Shown here in pieces: positions 9,766 through 22,832 of a stretch of DNA of 64,000 bases (its first letter is position 1; each line of letters begins with the position of its first letter). The stretch is from assembly GCA_045837725.1 (NCBI GenBank), contig JBEWZL010000264.1, forward strand, positions 1-64,000. The letters run 5' to 3'. This DNA is from Vermamoeba vermiformis (Eukaryota). The translations under genes and the position numbers were made by a program. Under the pieces are notes generated by a model. The model was not told the origin of the DNA. It worked only from the letters and a program-made list of their open reading frames with translations, and did no database searches.

Positions 9766-11204
9766 TCAGAAGTTTTTTGGTTTTAAAATAGGTTCTCGTT
9801 CTAAATCTCCTTGTACATCAAGAGATTTTGTAGTTTTCTTATCCTCTCTGAACTCCCAGTATTTCCACAGCACAGTGCCAGAGATTAACAATGCCAGAGC
9901 TGGCAATACACTCCAAATAGGAGTGTTTTCATTGTTTGGATTCAATGAGCTGAAAACAAGCCAGAAAGTGACAGTGACTGGGCTTACAAGAGTGAAGGCG
10001 ATCATGTTGTAATTTGCCGACTCTTCGTTGAGTGCAGCGGCGCACAAGTAGCTGATGATGTAGCCCAGATTGAACAGGACGCCAAGCCACCAGTTGCTGT
10101 GGCAGCCAGGCTCTAGATTTGCGAAACATCTTGCTGACGCGTAGAAAGTACTGCAGGCATGGAGGTCAGTAGTGCTCGATCGTCCACGCTTGAACTTACT
10201 GTCCGAATTCTTGAATCGACGGCGAGAATCCAAATCCAGGAATGACATCGACCCAGAATAACACGGTAATAGTCAAAAATTGGAACAAGCAGCCCCAGAA
10301 CAACATTACGAGCTTGTCGTACGAACTGTTTTGTCGTTCGATGCCTGCATTAGCGCGAATTTTCTGCATTTCCAATTAGCCACTATCAATTATAGAACGT
10401 GAGACGTACCAAAAACTTCTCTTGTAAGACATTGTAGAGCGAGCCAGGCATAACTCCGAGCATAAAAACAAGACTCCACCAGATCTCGCCTCCTACAACG
10501 ATTAAGTACATGCAAACAATCACCGCGCCAGCGCACATACCGTCTTTTTCACCGTGAACGATGCTAATGATTTTAGGCAAAAGTGATACTACAATACCAG
10601 AGAATACCGACAATAAGGCCATCAGAGGCAACAATTGACAACTGGCGATCAGATTAGTATGCAGAGCGATCATTTGCACTAATGAAGGCAAAAATGCACT
10701 TACTAATTAATATGAGCCTTTTCCTTGACGAGCAGCTTGGTGGCAGGCATCGAAAACAGGATCGAGACCTGTTGTGATCGTTAATACAAGTTGTCTTTAA
10801 CCAGGAACTTACGTTTAACAGTAATCCTTGTAACAAAGGAGGTGTTCTCGAGGGAGGACTGACCAAAAAGCGAATTAGAATTAAAATTAAGGAAGCAGGA
10901 AAAAAAGCGGATCTCCGATCGAATCTTACCTCGCGTAAACAATTCCAATACCATTAGCGGCATTAAGCGCACCAATTGGTAGCAATATTTTCCAATATTC
11001 AGAGAATTTAGGCGTGCTAGGTCTTTTGGTGAAGTAGATCACGAGCGAGCACACGCCAAAAAATCCAATAAAGAATAAGGACGAAATCCATAATATAAAG
11101 TATGGCCCTCCCAATGATTTGCCGAACGTTTCGACCCATAAGGGCAAAGTAACCGTTTGACTTACACCACCGCCGATCACACCTGAAAAAAGCATATTCA
11201 GCAC
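9766..11204 (-). CDS. CRT-like (chloroquine-resistance-transporter-like, DMT superfamily) membrane transporter, multi-exon
   Basis: About 10 hydrophobic helices. Motifs NAANGIGIVYAS-PPSRTPPLLQGLL, LGVMPGSLYNVLQEKF and LNEESANY are typical of the CRT-like family. The 5' end is unresolved, with a possible upstream exon near 11349. Confidence 0.8.
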
Positions 11205-11810
11205 AATAATATTATACTATGAATAATGTTATTATTTTTATTAATATTTGTTTTGATTTATTTTATGAGTAAAATCGAATCTAGATTTGAAACGTACCCA
11301 AGGTGAAAATAACGTTTTTAATTACGCTCCACAACGTCGAAGCTCCCATGATCGTTCTTTTTGGTGGTTAATAACTCAAGCTAACAATTTTAAAGTTAGT
11401 TTCGAGTTTAAAATATTTTTAGCGTTCGGGAATGTTCTCATGCACGTGGAAAATCACGTGGCTATGCTTCTGCGAGAGAAGTTATTTATAGCAAAATTTT
11501 ATTCTGGAGGTTTAAACCGAATCATCACCTACACAATTAACTTTGCACGCTAAGCGGCTTGATCTGATCGAAGTTTTTTGCGAGCATTAAACCATCAGAT
11601 ACTGAACAAATGTTAATAGAATTGCTGTTTATGTAAAATTCAATTGAACGATGTTACTACAACGAGTGCTGGCTCGCAAACCAGATTTTTTATGAAGTGT
11701 CAGTTCTGTCATTGTTCACGCCTTGCGCAAGAAATCTATTCGTCATTCTTTCCAAGACGAAGAGCTCAATATCGCAATTATTTATATTATATTTCGAGGC
11801 GTCATGCATC

Positions 11811-14800
11811 ATGGAAAAAGATAGCAAGCTAAATTTGATTAATAGCGACTCAGATAAAATTAAGAAAACACGTCGCGTGTTATTTGGTGAGTGCTAACGA
11901 ATATTTAGGGTGCTTAAATAAATATAACATTAAATATTGCCGTTAATCAATTAATTGCGGCAAAAATTATTTTGGCAACAGTCTTTTCGGTTCTTTTCAT
12001 TATTTGACGAATGAAACAATTAATTCTAACATCGCCTCTTATATTCAGTTCGTCTACCGACCGGAATTCTGAATTCGGACTGGGATGAAGTCGATCGCTA
12101 CCGAAAAGTCTTCAAATTAAATCCCTGGGAACCATTTATATGTGGTACGTTGCTTGTTTGTCACTTGTGATATTCTAACTATGTAATAGAGCGCAAAGGC
12201 AAATACAACCATGTGGAGGGTCAGATCCTCATGTTCGAGCATTTCATATGCTTCGTGCAGGCCAAAGAAAAAGATCCCATTAAAGTAAGCCGCTGCTAAT
12301 TATCTTACAAAAATTATTAATTATAAAACCGGTGGTAATAATTATTTCTACCTTGGACAGATGATTTTACCGTTGAAAGCCATTATGCGGATCCGAAAAT
12401 TAGACAGCAAGTCGAATAATATGATAGAGCTCACATCAGTCAAGCGACTATACAAAAACAACGTAAGTTCATCGATAGAAAACGGCGATCCAAATTTACA
12501 TTAATTTTGCCGCGCAGATCCACATATTAAAACTTGCTGAAGCTCGCGACGAGTGCTTTGATTTGTTAGTATTTTTATGGAAGCAAAGAATAGCGTTTTC
12601 AGAGTATTGTAAGGCCTGACAATAATAATTTAAACGCATTTCGCTAATCACCACTTAGTCGACATGGTAGAGCTCGATTCCCTGTACGAAAGATTCAAAA
12701 TTTTAGATGCACGCGATCAAGATTGCTTGCGAAGAGAAGATTTTCACCGGACGTTAGCGCCTATCATCGCCTTCAATGACAACAAGAACTTGAGCAATTC
12801 AGATGCGGTTTTTGAGATGTTTGATTCGAATCAAGACGGAGTCTTAACGTTCCAAGTAAGTCGATATACATTACATACGACGGTTTATAACGTTTGTAGG
12901 ATTACGTCACTGGCGTTGCATTGATGGTCAAAGGCGACGTGTGGGACAGATTGCATTGTAAGTGCACAGCGCATCTATTTGCACGCCAGCACCTATCTAA
13001 TGTCCTTTTAGTTGCGTTTATGAAGTTAGACAAAGACCACGACGGATTCTTGAAAGTAGACGACTTCGCATCCGAGTACATGGTGTTGATCCTGGAGCGT
13101 CTCGGAGTCTTAGACCTATTAGAGATTAAACACATATTTACTGTGGATAATTTGAGGACGCTATTTGGCACATTAGATACTGATCGAGGTACGTAAACGA
13201 TCGATTACACTTGTGATCCCGATCTAACTCGGATACAGACGGCAAAATATCGATGGAGCAGTATAAGAAGGGCCTAAACGATCCTTGGGACATCAAATTA
13301 GCGTTGAAGATGGTTAAAATTAGTAAGAAGCTCTTTGCTCTGTAAGTTTTAAAAACTGCTAACACCCGTGTACAGATCAGCTTGACCAAGCACGACGAGA
13401 AGCTATTGAAGCACGAGAAAGGGAACAAAAAGACGAGGAAAGGAGGCGTAATTTGGCTAAGCTCGCGGACTTCACAAAAGAAATTACATTGGGCCACACG
13501 AACTGGGAGCTGGTGCAGTACATGCTCATCGGGCTCAACTTGGCAGTCGAAGTTGCAGTGCAATTGTACGAGAACTATCAGCAAGGCGGAGGTGAGCGTG
13601 CATTCGCGTTTGGCTAATAGTTTGGCTCGCGTGCTAATGTTTGTAGGCAATGATGGTGCCTCGTTGAACACGCGCATGGGCTCAAATGTCCTCGTGCAAC
13701 GCGAAGAGAAAAAACAAAAAAACGATAAGAACAAAGCTCAAGTCATCGTGTCAACGTTAAAGTCACGTGCAAGGAGTGATGCGCGGTTGGTGAAGGCGTT
13801 GAAAGAAGAAACGAAAGCGAGCATTGGCAGTGGAGATCCGTTTTTAGGCAAAAACGATAAGATTAGGTACGCAAATGTAAAAGGGTATTAACGGTCCCAC
13901 TAATTGTTTTCGATAGTGTTAATCCGCTAAGCGAAAGCAAAGAGCCGCCAGAACACGAGCGCTCGCAATATCAGCTGTCGAACATGCTGTCGTTGTTCAA
14001 TCCGTTGAACTTTGCCGATAGTTATCTTTATTCATTGCCCAAGTAAGATTCTACTTCTAAGCGATAGCTATCATTTATTCTAACGTGTTCGTCAGCTCGC
14101 GGAGTATTTGGAACAATCAAGCGACTACCGATGAAGTCGAAGACAAAGAGCTCAAGTGGAGTTTCAGAGACTTTGGCGCGATGATATTTCAAATGCTGCG
14201 AATATTCTTCGAAGTGCCTGCAGACCAGTACTTAGCCTCGTTCAGCCCCGTGCAAAGTAAGTTTCAACCACCACTTTCAGTTTTTCTTACGGCAATTCAG
14301 ATGATCATTTGTTAATCGGCACACTGAGCGGTGTTGAAGAAGTCGTTAGCACGGGAAGGTAAGGACGCACGAGTCGAGTAAACAGTGTGTCGCTAACGAG
14401 GTCAACAGGAGTGGAAGTTTTTTCTTCAAGTCACGTGACTCGAAAGTATTTCCTGAAAACATTGCCGTCTGTGGAGGAAAGCTTTTTGAAGAAGATGGTG
14501 CCTCTGTATTATAAGGTAGGCCTTGGCTTTGTTGCTCGCTGAGCCCTTGCTAACCAATATTTCACCAGTATGTTGTATCGAATCCAAACACGCTGCTCAG
14601 TCGATACTTTGGTCTTCACGACGTATCCAACGGTAACAAGCGTATTCCATTCGTTGTAATTGCCAACGTGTTCGACACGCCTCTCAAGATCCACGAGCAA
14701 TATGACCTGAAAGGATCGACCATTGATCGCACTGTCAACGTCGAAGAGCCCGTCTCAGGCATGGCGATGAAGGATATGGACTTCAAGAAGTTCGGAAGAT

Positions 14801-15371
14801 CGATTAAAGTGGGCACTTACTACCGGGATCTCATTTTGAAGCAGATCGAAAAAGATGTTTCGGTACGGATTACTCGTTATAACTCAACGATTAGCTAACA
14901 ACCTACAACCTCCAAGTGGCTCGAGAGTCTTGGTATATGCGACTATAGTCTTCTTATTGGTATTCACTTCAAAGACCGCGAAGAGCACAAAACGGCATCC
15001 AACGGAACCACTGAAGAAAGCGAGGGCTTTCAGCGAAAACAGAAGTAAGTCATGCTTATATGACAACTCGACTTAATACTTTTTATAGCGAGTCCGTATT
15101 TAGAAGGGATTATGGCGGTCTAAATTCGAATGTAAACGGCCGACAAGGCAACGAAGTGTATTTCATCGGGATTATCGACATTTTGACACTATTCGATCTC
15201 AAAAAGAAAGCAGAGCACGTCTTGAAGACTGTTAAAAACTTCGATAACGTAAGTATCGAAATTTTGCATCTCGGTCTGAAAGCTAACCCTGATCAGAAAA
15301 ATATCTCCGCAATCCCTCCGGCGCCGTATAAGGAACGATTTTTGAACTATTGCAGCACGATTTTTGTATAA
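11811..15371 (+). CDS. Phosphatidylinositol-phosphate kinase (PIP5K/PIP4K family) with N-terminal GRAM-like and EF-hand domains
   Basis: Kinase motifs STGRSGSFFF, YFLKT, LLSRYFG, YDLKGST, KDMDF, DYSLLIG and YFIGIIDIL. EF-hands DSNQDGVLTFQ, DKDHDGFLKVDD and DTDRDGKISMEQY. GRAM-like EGQILMFEHFICF. Apparent 1-nt frameshift at ~14444. Confidence 0.9.
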
Positions 15372-15474
15372 TAGAAACAAAATAAGCGAATAAATTGTGT
15401 TGACCGAATTAGGAAAAGTCTGCTCTTGCGAGATTACCTGCTGGTGCAAAATTCAGTTTAGTTTCTTTAGCCAA

Positions 15475-18400
15475 ATGGATGACTTCAAGTTATATGTCAC
15501 CGAAAAGATTTATTGCTCGATCCCAGCAAGGTTCAGCGGCACATCTAGTAATGATCTCTTGAAACTCGTGGAAGAATCGTTTTTTATTAGACCCCACAAA
15601 AATCAGCCAAAAAATATATATGCCGTTGGAAAAGAAGGTAATACCAAATCACTAATTTGTAAATTTAGTTTTTAAATTGAATTAAATGCAGATCAAGCGC
15701 CTGTCAACGAAAAATTCGGCGATGTCATAAAATCCGGAAAGAGAGCCTATGTAAATTTAGATGCCGCCTCAGAGGTATTTTTCGCGGACCATTTAATCGA
15801 GATACGCATTAATTTAATTAATTAGATCGGTGAACTCGTTTTAATTTTTCTGCCCGATGGAACCAGCGTGCAATATTCTATCGACGAAATTACCACTGTA
15901 AAAGACGTGCTTGGCAAGCTTCAAAATTCAATTTCAAACCAAGTTGAGCGAAATATTTCAAGATACTCGTTGTTTGCCTTGCACCACAAAGACGGTATGC
16001 AAAATAATAGTAAAATATTTTATAATGACATTATAACGTTATTTTTCAGGTCGATTTTCATACAAGGAACTGACGAGCACGGATTTGGTCAAAAGTGTCA
16101 TCAAAGTGTCATTTGATAACAGCGAACAAGATATCCGTCATTTGAACTCCCTTTTGTTAGCTAAACCCAAAGAAGTAAGCAGCTTCATATCATGTTATTA
16201 GTGCCTAAACCATTGTGCAGGCGACTATCAACGTGGAGTTTGACGAGGGAACAATTCATTCACTGAAAATTGGTGCGTTTGAGACCTGCGGAGAAGTTAT
16301 CACGAGGATTTTGGAAGATCATCCGCGCGTCATGGGAAGAAAATTTCAAATGATTGACATTAAAAATGGTGCAGGTAAGCGGAGAGCTCCTTCGGCCCTG
16401 CCGTTCATAGTTAATGCCTTATACTATTAGAACGCGTAATCGCTCCGTATGAAGTGTTGTTTGACGTGCAAGCGAATTGGCGCCGAGCTGGTGTCGAAGG
16501 AAAATTCCAATTCAAAGTGGTGGATCCAATGGTAGCTTTGAAGATCTACTTGGAAGATGGTACGGCCATTCCACGCCTAAAAAATCTTGCATTAACCTCT
16601 TTGACCTAACAGGCAGTTGGAAAACACTCAGTTTGTTCGCGAACGCCACCACGAAGCAGATCTTGAAAAAGATGGTCGAGAAAACGAACACGGGTGAAGA
16701 ATGGAGTCACTTTGGCTTGTTTGAAATAACTAAGGGACGAGGTAGGCACTAATTACTATTGATTTGTTTTGTATCTAACCTTGATGCAGAAAAACGGTTT
16801 GGTTTGGTCGACATGCCTGCCATGTTGATCGATCTAGACTCATCGCGACTATTATGCAAACGAACAACTACCATATTGCCCGACAACGACTTGGAAGGTA
16901 CAACCAGATTACATTCTTCTTAATCAATTCGAGCCTTACTAATCAGTTGCAGACTTCGATGAACTTGATGAGACACCACGCAAAAAAGAGAAAAATGTCA
17001 TGCTTGGAAAACCGAAATTTTTGCGTCTATTAGCTGCGGGGTATTACCATGTAAGTCACGCGACCCTGCAATATCGCTCAGAGCCTAACATTAAATATCA
17101 ACCAGGAAAAAGTTGCCGTCTACTTCCCCGATGAAAACATTGCCCGAGTATCAGTCAACATCTTGACAAGCGCAGCTGATGTGCTACTTCATCTAGAGCA
17201 AACACTGCCTGATTTCTCACGAACATTGTTCAAGCTCTACAAGCCCGAAGGAGGATCACAACGTAAGTCCTTTTTTGGAAACCTCGCACCTGTTACTCAT
17301 TCGGGCCTTAGTGACCGCTTTGCACGACGAAGAAATCGTGTTCACGCAGATACAAAAGATGATGTTGCGCGATGAATGGCCGAGATTGTACCTCGTGCAG
17401 AGAGAATTCGTTCAAAAGCCCGCTGTCACCCCCTCACCTGTCAATCAGCCCAGTACTGCAAACTTGTCTAAGATGCGAAACAACGCTACTGTGCCTGTGT
17501 TCTTTGGCCGCAGCTCTTTCACAATGATTCAGATCAGCGCTCAAACCGTCGCTTCAGACATCGTTGCACAGATGCAATTCTTGTTAGGCATTGAAGATGA
17601 GCACGCCGAAGAGTATTCTTTGCTAGTATTCGACGGGCACACTGGTAAGAAGAGCGATATTTGTTATTCATTGCTCACTATCAACTCACAGAGTGGATTG
17701 TACCTGCTGACTTGCGCATCTCCAAAATTTATTCGCTGCCCAATATCCGCTTCATGTACAAATGGAACCAAGGCGAAAAGACCACTGAGGAGGTGTTTGA
17801 TGCTACAGGTATGTCAGGCGAGTTCGTCAGTCCAGCCAAGACGAGAAAAGTGCATCCTGTCACGGGTCAATTGCGACAACTGAGCGAGAAACAGCGCAAG
17901 AGGAAGTCGCATTCGTTAGGATTTGCACTCAACCCTGACGAGCTGAAGAAAGCCTTTGAAGCCGAGGAAGAGTTGATGCGCCAACAAGAGTCACCGAAGA
18001 GTCCTCATTCCGCTGAGGGACCTGTAATTGCTTCACCGCGATCTAACGACGTGCCTCCTTTAGTACGCCGTAAAGCAAGCAAACGATCGGCACTGCTAGG
18101 TACGTAATTGCTATTCACATGCAAGACTTGGCAAACAAACTCAACCTCTTGACAGTTCCCGAGCTAAACTCGGATCTTTTGCAATCACTGCCCCGTGCAC
18201 GTACCATGTCGAGTCCTGTCAGCCCGAAGATAGCCCAAGCAATCTCGGTGGACGCAGCTGTTGGATCTTCATCGTTAATGACGCTGTCCAAGTCATTCCC
18301 GACACCCTCGATCTTGACCTCGAGACTGCCTGACTTAACCGAACGATGGGTGTCGCTGTTCTCAGTCTTGCACAGTGCGAGCAAGTCCATTCCTGTTAAG

Positions 18401-19672
18401 GAAATGTCACGTGACACGCTCGAGTTGTTGACCAAGCACTTATCGACAATCAAAACGATGTTCGTGGTCAAAGATGAGAACCGAAAGACTTTCAAGCGCA
18501 TTGGCAAGCAGTTGTGGAACCAAATGCACGCACTGAATGGTACGGTCTTCTATTTTCCATCGCGGATCTAATGCGCTGGCTTTAGAACTGCTGAAGAACG
18601 ATGACGCATCCGCTCGAGCAAGGGCCCCTGAACACGCTCAGATCATCTCGCGACAGTTCGACTCGCTGTTCCAGTTCTACATCAAGTACACTGATATTGA
18701 AATGGAGAACAAGGCTCAAAAACTCATTCACGATGCGGAGCACACTCTGTTGCATATCAAAGATGCTCACGATGGTGCAAAGTTGGCCGATGAAGTACGT
18801 CACAAAATCAGCTCTACCTCGATTCTAATCACAATATAGTTCTCCTACGTAATGTTGCTACGCACGTTTTTATCCATTGACGTGCCGTTTGACGACGCCA
18901 AAGTCAAACAAGTCATCAACGGCTGCAATTTGATCTCAAATGAGATCGCTGACTTTGTCGGGGAAACAATTCGCAAGAAGTCAGATGACACCAAAGAACG
19001 AGCTGCAAGTGTCGCTAAGATGATTAAAAACACGGGTGCCTTGTTATCAAACGTAAGTTAGCCCTTATTTATTTGCCGACACACTTTCTAACTCGTGCTG
19101 CTAGCTTTGGAAGGCTGAACAAAAGCTCTCTGACAAAGAACTGATCAAGCTCCAAATCGAAATTGGTTTGAATCAATTGAACAAGACATTGACACGGTTT
19201 AAAGGTAAGTTCTCGTCACACTTCGCGGTCACGGCTAACTGTATGTACAGACAAGGAAGATCTGTTGGGCAAGACCAACTCGAGCGTTAATAGTTTGGTA
19301 AGTGTCTGTCGCAATGTTTTTGCAAAGCTTAACATTTTGTAGTTGCAAATGGTATCTTTCAAAGCGAAAGAACGAACATCGATGACAGACGAAGAAATCG
19401 ACATCTTGACTTCATTGTGCGACATATTCGCGAACTCTACTTCATCAATCTGCACCAACTTCATATCGATGTTGCTTGAAAACAGCAAGGACGTCATTCA
19501 GAGCGAGAAGTCACACCTCTTTGCCGTCGTGCACGTGCTCGGCATGCACCGTATTGCCCTCAATATCGCAGTGCCGCAGTGCCAAGTTGAGCCTCAACAA
19601 CAGGACATGTCTGGACTCCTACGACTCATTTCAATGGTCTTGGATCTCGTCAACAACTTGTTGCACATCTAG
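15475..19672 (+). CDS. Protein with about 5-6 tandem Ras-association/ubiquitin-like domains and a C-terminal helical-bundle region
   Basis: Repeated beta-grasp starts (IFLPDGTSVQYSI, NVEFDEGTIHSLKI, IYLEDGSWKTLSL, VYFPDENIARVSV, VFFGRSSFTMIQI) are followed by TxxDV/EV-like and YSL/FGL-like motifs. The C-terminus is helical. Confidence 0.7.
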
Positions 19673-19713
19673 TCCTTTTTGCTTGTTTTCAAGAGTAAAC
19701 TTTACAATTTGAT

Positions 19714-22675
19714 TTACATGTGATTATGACCGCGGCCGTGGTGTCCGTGATAGCCTTGCGGGAACTTCGCTGCGGGTGAAGCTGGTGACGCGCCTTCGTT
19801 CTTGGCAGCTTGTTGCTTTTGCTCGCGTTCTTTCTCGCTGCGGGAACGTAAGAACAAAAGAGGAATACCACACGAATGAATAACTTACCTCTGCGACTGC
19901 ATGGTCCACAAGTGGTGATATTCACCGGCCATGTCGAGCAACTCTTCGTGCGTGCCTCGCTCGATGATGACACCATCTACAAAGTGTTAACGACGGTGCC
20001 GTTGTAACGTGGTATATATAGCGTACCTTTCAGCACCAAGATCTGATCGCAGTCAACGATGGTCGACAATCGATGAGCAATGATCATTGTCGTGCGGCCC
20101 TTAGCCACATCCGTCAAGTTCTTTTGAATTTCACGCTCAGTGTCTGTGTCTAAAGCTGAGGTTGCTTCATCGAAAATCAAAACTAATGGAGAGTTAGATC
20201 TATGGTTTTACGGCCGGTAAAGGAGGAGAATTCTTACTTGGCGGATCCTTCAAGACTGCACGAGCAATAGCAACACGTTGTTTTTCACCACCACTCAATC
20301 TCAAGCCACGCTCGCCGACCCTCGTTTTGTAACCTTCTTTCTGTCGCAGAATAAAGTCGTGCAAGTGCGCAATGGCCGCGGCTTCTTCGACCTCGTCGCG
20401 CGTAGCCTCCATCTTGCCGTAATGAATGTTGTATTCGATGGTGTCGTTGAACAACACCGTGTCTTGTGGCACAATACCTATATAATGGTACTTATTAATA
20501 AAGGCTCGACAATAATTGGATCAGGTACGGATGCGATCCTGGATGTGCCAGATTTGGAACTTACCGATGACTTTTCGCAAGGAGTTTTGCGTCACTTTAG
20601 AGATATCTTGCCCGTTGATCGTAATAACACCTTCCATAACGTCGTAGAATCGATACAACAATCGACTCATCGTGCTTTTACCAGCACCCGTAGCACCCAC
20701 AATAGCGAACTTGCTGCCGTGTGGCACAGTGAACGAGACACCTTTGAGCACAGGTTGATTGGCCTCGTAGCCGAACACAACGTTTTTAAACTCAATTTCA
20801 GCCTTGTCTCGGCACGCCAACGGAACTGCATCGATCGCATCTTGCACCTGTGCGAATGAAATTCACGCGTGAGTTACCTCTGTGGACCTTAAGGCAGATT
20901 CGTGACGTACCTCAGGGACTTCGCGCATCAATGAGAACATCTGTTCCATGTCGATAATGGCAGTCTTGATCATGCGGTACGTCGAGCCCAACAAGTTGAG
21001 TGGCTGATAGAGCTGCAACAAGTACGTGTTCACCATCACAAAGTCACCGATGGACATCACGCCATCAACTACTGAACTGGCTGCCATCATCATGATTATA
21101 GCCACTGAGAATACAATTAGCAACGTGCATCAATAGACCGACTTACTTGGTTCAGTGAACAGAACTTTCAGTGAAAATGGGTCCACGCACACCGTTCAAT
21201 CCTTACCTCCGATAGCAATAATAAAGGCCTGACCAGAGTTCAAGAGCGCCAATGACGACTGATTCTTCTGCGAGGCCTCGTTGTACTCGCCCAGTGCCTC
21301 TTCGTAGCGGTGATACTCGTGGTGTTCGTTGTTGAAGTACTTCACCGTCTCAAAATTCATCAACGAGTCCACTGACCGATCGTTCGCTTTAGAGTCCTGT
21401 CGGTCGTGAATTAAAACGCCGTTCACACGCTTAATTTTTTGTCACTTACAGCATCGTTCATGATTCGACGGAACTTGGTTCGCCATTCGGTAATGGTAAT
21501 AGTGAAAACAGCGTAGCCACTATAGGCATATATAATTAATCACTATAGTCTTAGATAATACGGTGATTGGTGTTGGGCCCAAAATGACTTACGCGACAGT
21601 GACAAAAGTGACGAGAGCAAACCAAGGGCTGTAATAACTCAGCAACACAATCACCGTCAACAACAGCTCTAAAATTGTCGGCAGAATGTTGAACAGCGTC
21701 CATTGCAGAAACGACGCGATGCCACTTTGACCGCGCTCGAAGGCACGCAATATAGTTCCCGTCTTTCTAAATAAGGAAATTCATCTTAATTAATTCCTAT
21801 TCAGTCTTCTATAATATCCCTTAATCAATTCCAGGAATGTGTAATTAATTTTGAAGGCTCAGCATCGCGTGTCCAAAAGTACTCGAAGAAGGGTACTTGT
21901 CACGAAATAAAGTGGCTAAGAATGCAAAATAACGTACCTGTGAATATGGAATCGTAACGAGAGTGTGTGCAAGTGTTCATATGTATCTAATGAAGCTCGT
22001 TTTGATGCTTCATTTTGGACCTAGATCCGGTCAAAGTGGGTGAGCAACGCAAAAACGACAGAACAATTGCATACCTTATTAAACACTGAATCTTTAGAGT
22101 TGGTGCATGCGGTTGTTAAAAATCGCAGCAGACCATACATAACTATCCAAATCGCTGCTGATTTCAGCGTTGCATCCGTACTAAAAGAAATTCGCGAAAA
22201 ATTGGAATTATTGATTTTTGAATTCATTAAGGAAATGCTGCTTACGTCGAAAGGGTATCAATAGCATTTTTGAATGTGATTGGTACCAATATTACGAATA
22301 CCTGAATTTTCGAATATCAATAATTGTCGCGCGATCTTAATCAGATTCTGTATCTCACCTTCGAAAACACTAGTAGTAGCATCGAGATTACTACTCGAAC
22401 TTTTATTCCAAAATCTAGCCATAAATAAGGCAATAACGTCTTGACCGCTTGTAGATCGCTGGAAAAAAAATAATATAATTATTTTCTGACGATAGATCGA
22501 GCTCGAAAAGTATATTCCAATCTTATAATAGCTATTGTATCGTGCAAAATAAATTTTAAAATTATTATTACCTTAATTTGAGACCAGGTTGCGCTGGCTG
22601 TGCTTGAAGCTGTTGCGCTTCTACATCCTCGACAGGCCGATAGCCTCGACCACACAATTGAAGTATCCACGACAT
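19714..22675 (-). CDS. ABC half-transporter, ATM1/ABCB7-HMT1/ABCB6 family
   Basis: Motifs [31 protein letters not shown], Walker [10 protein letters not shown], signature [22 protein letters not shown] and IAHRLST. Confidence 0.93.
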
Positions 22676-22737
22676 ATTAAAGAAAATATATTGTGGTTAC
22701 TCGTTCGTTTATTTGTGACAATTGCCGATCAGTAAAT

Positions 22738-22762
22738 AAGCCCGAAGAAATATTTCGGGCTT
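22738..22762. promoter_or_regulatory. 9-bp inverted repeat AAGCCCGAA-N7-TTCGGGCTT in a short intergenic gap
   Basis: Perfect stem ~60 bp upstream of the ABC transporter ATG and ~70 bp downstream of the F-box/LRR stop. Function unknown. Confidence 0.3.
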
Positions 22763-22832
22763 TTGTTGTTTAAAGCATTAGAGTACTAAACGAGACTAAT
22801 AAAGATCCTTTATTATTTAAATGGTACTTTAT

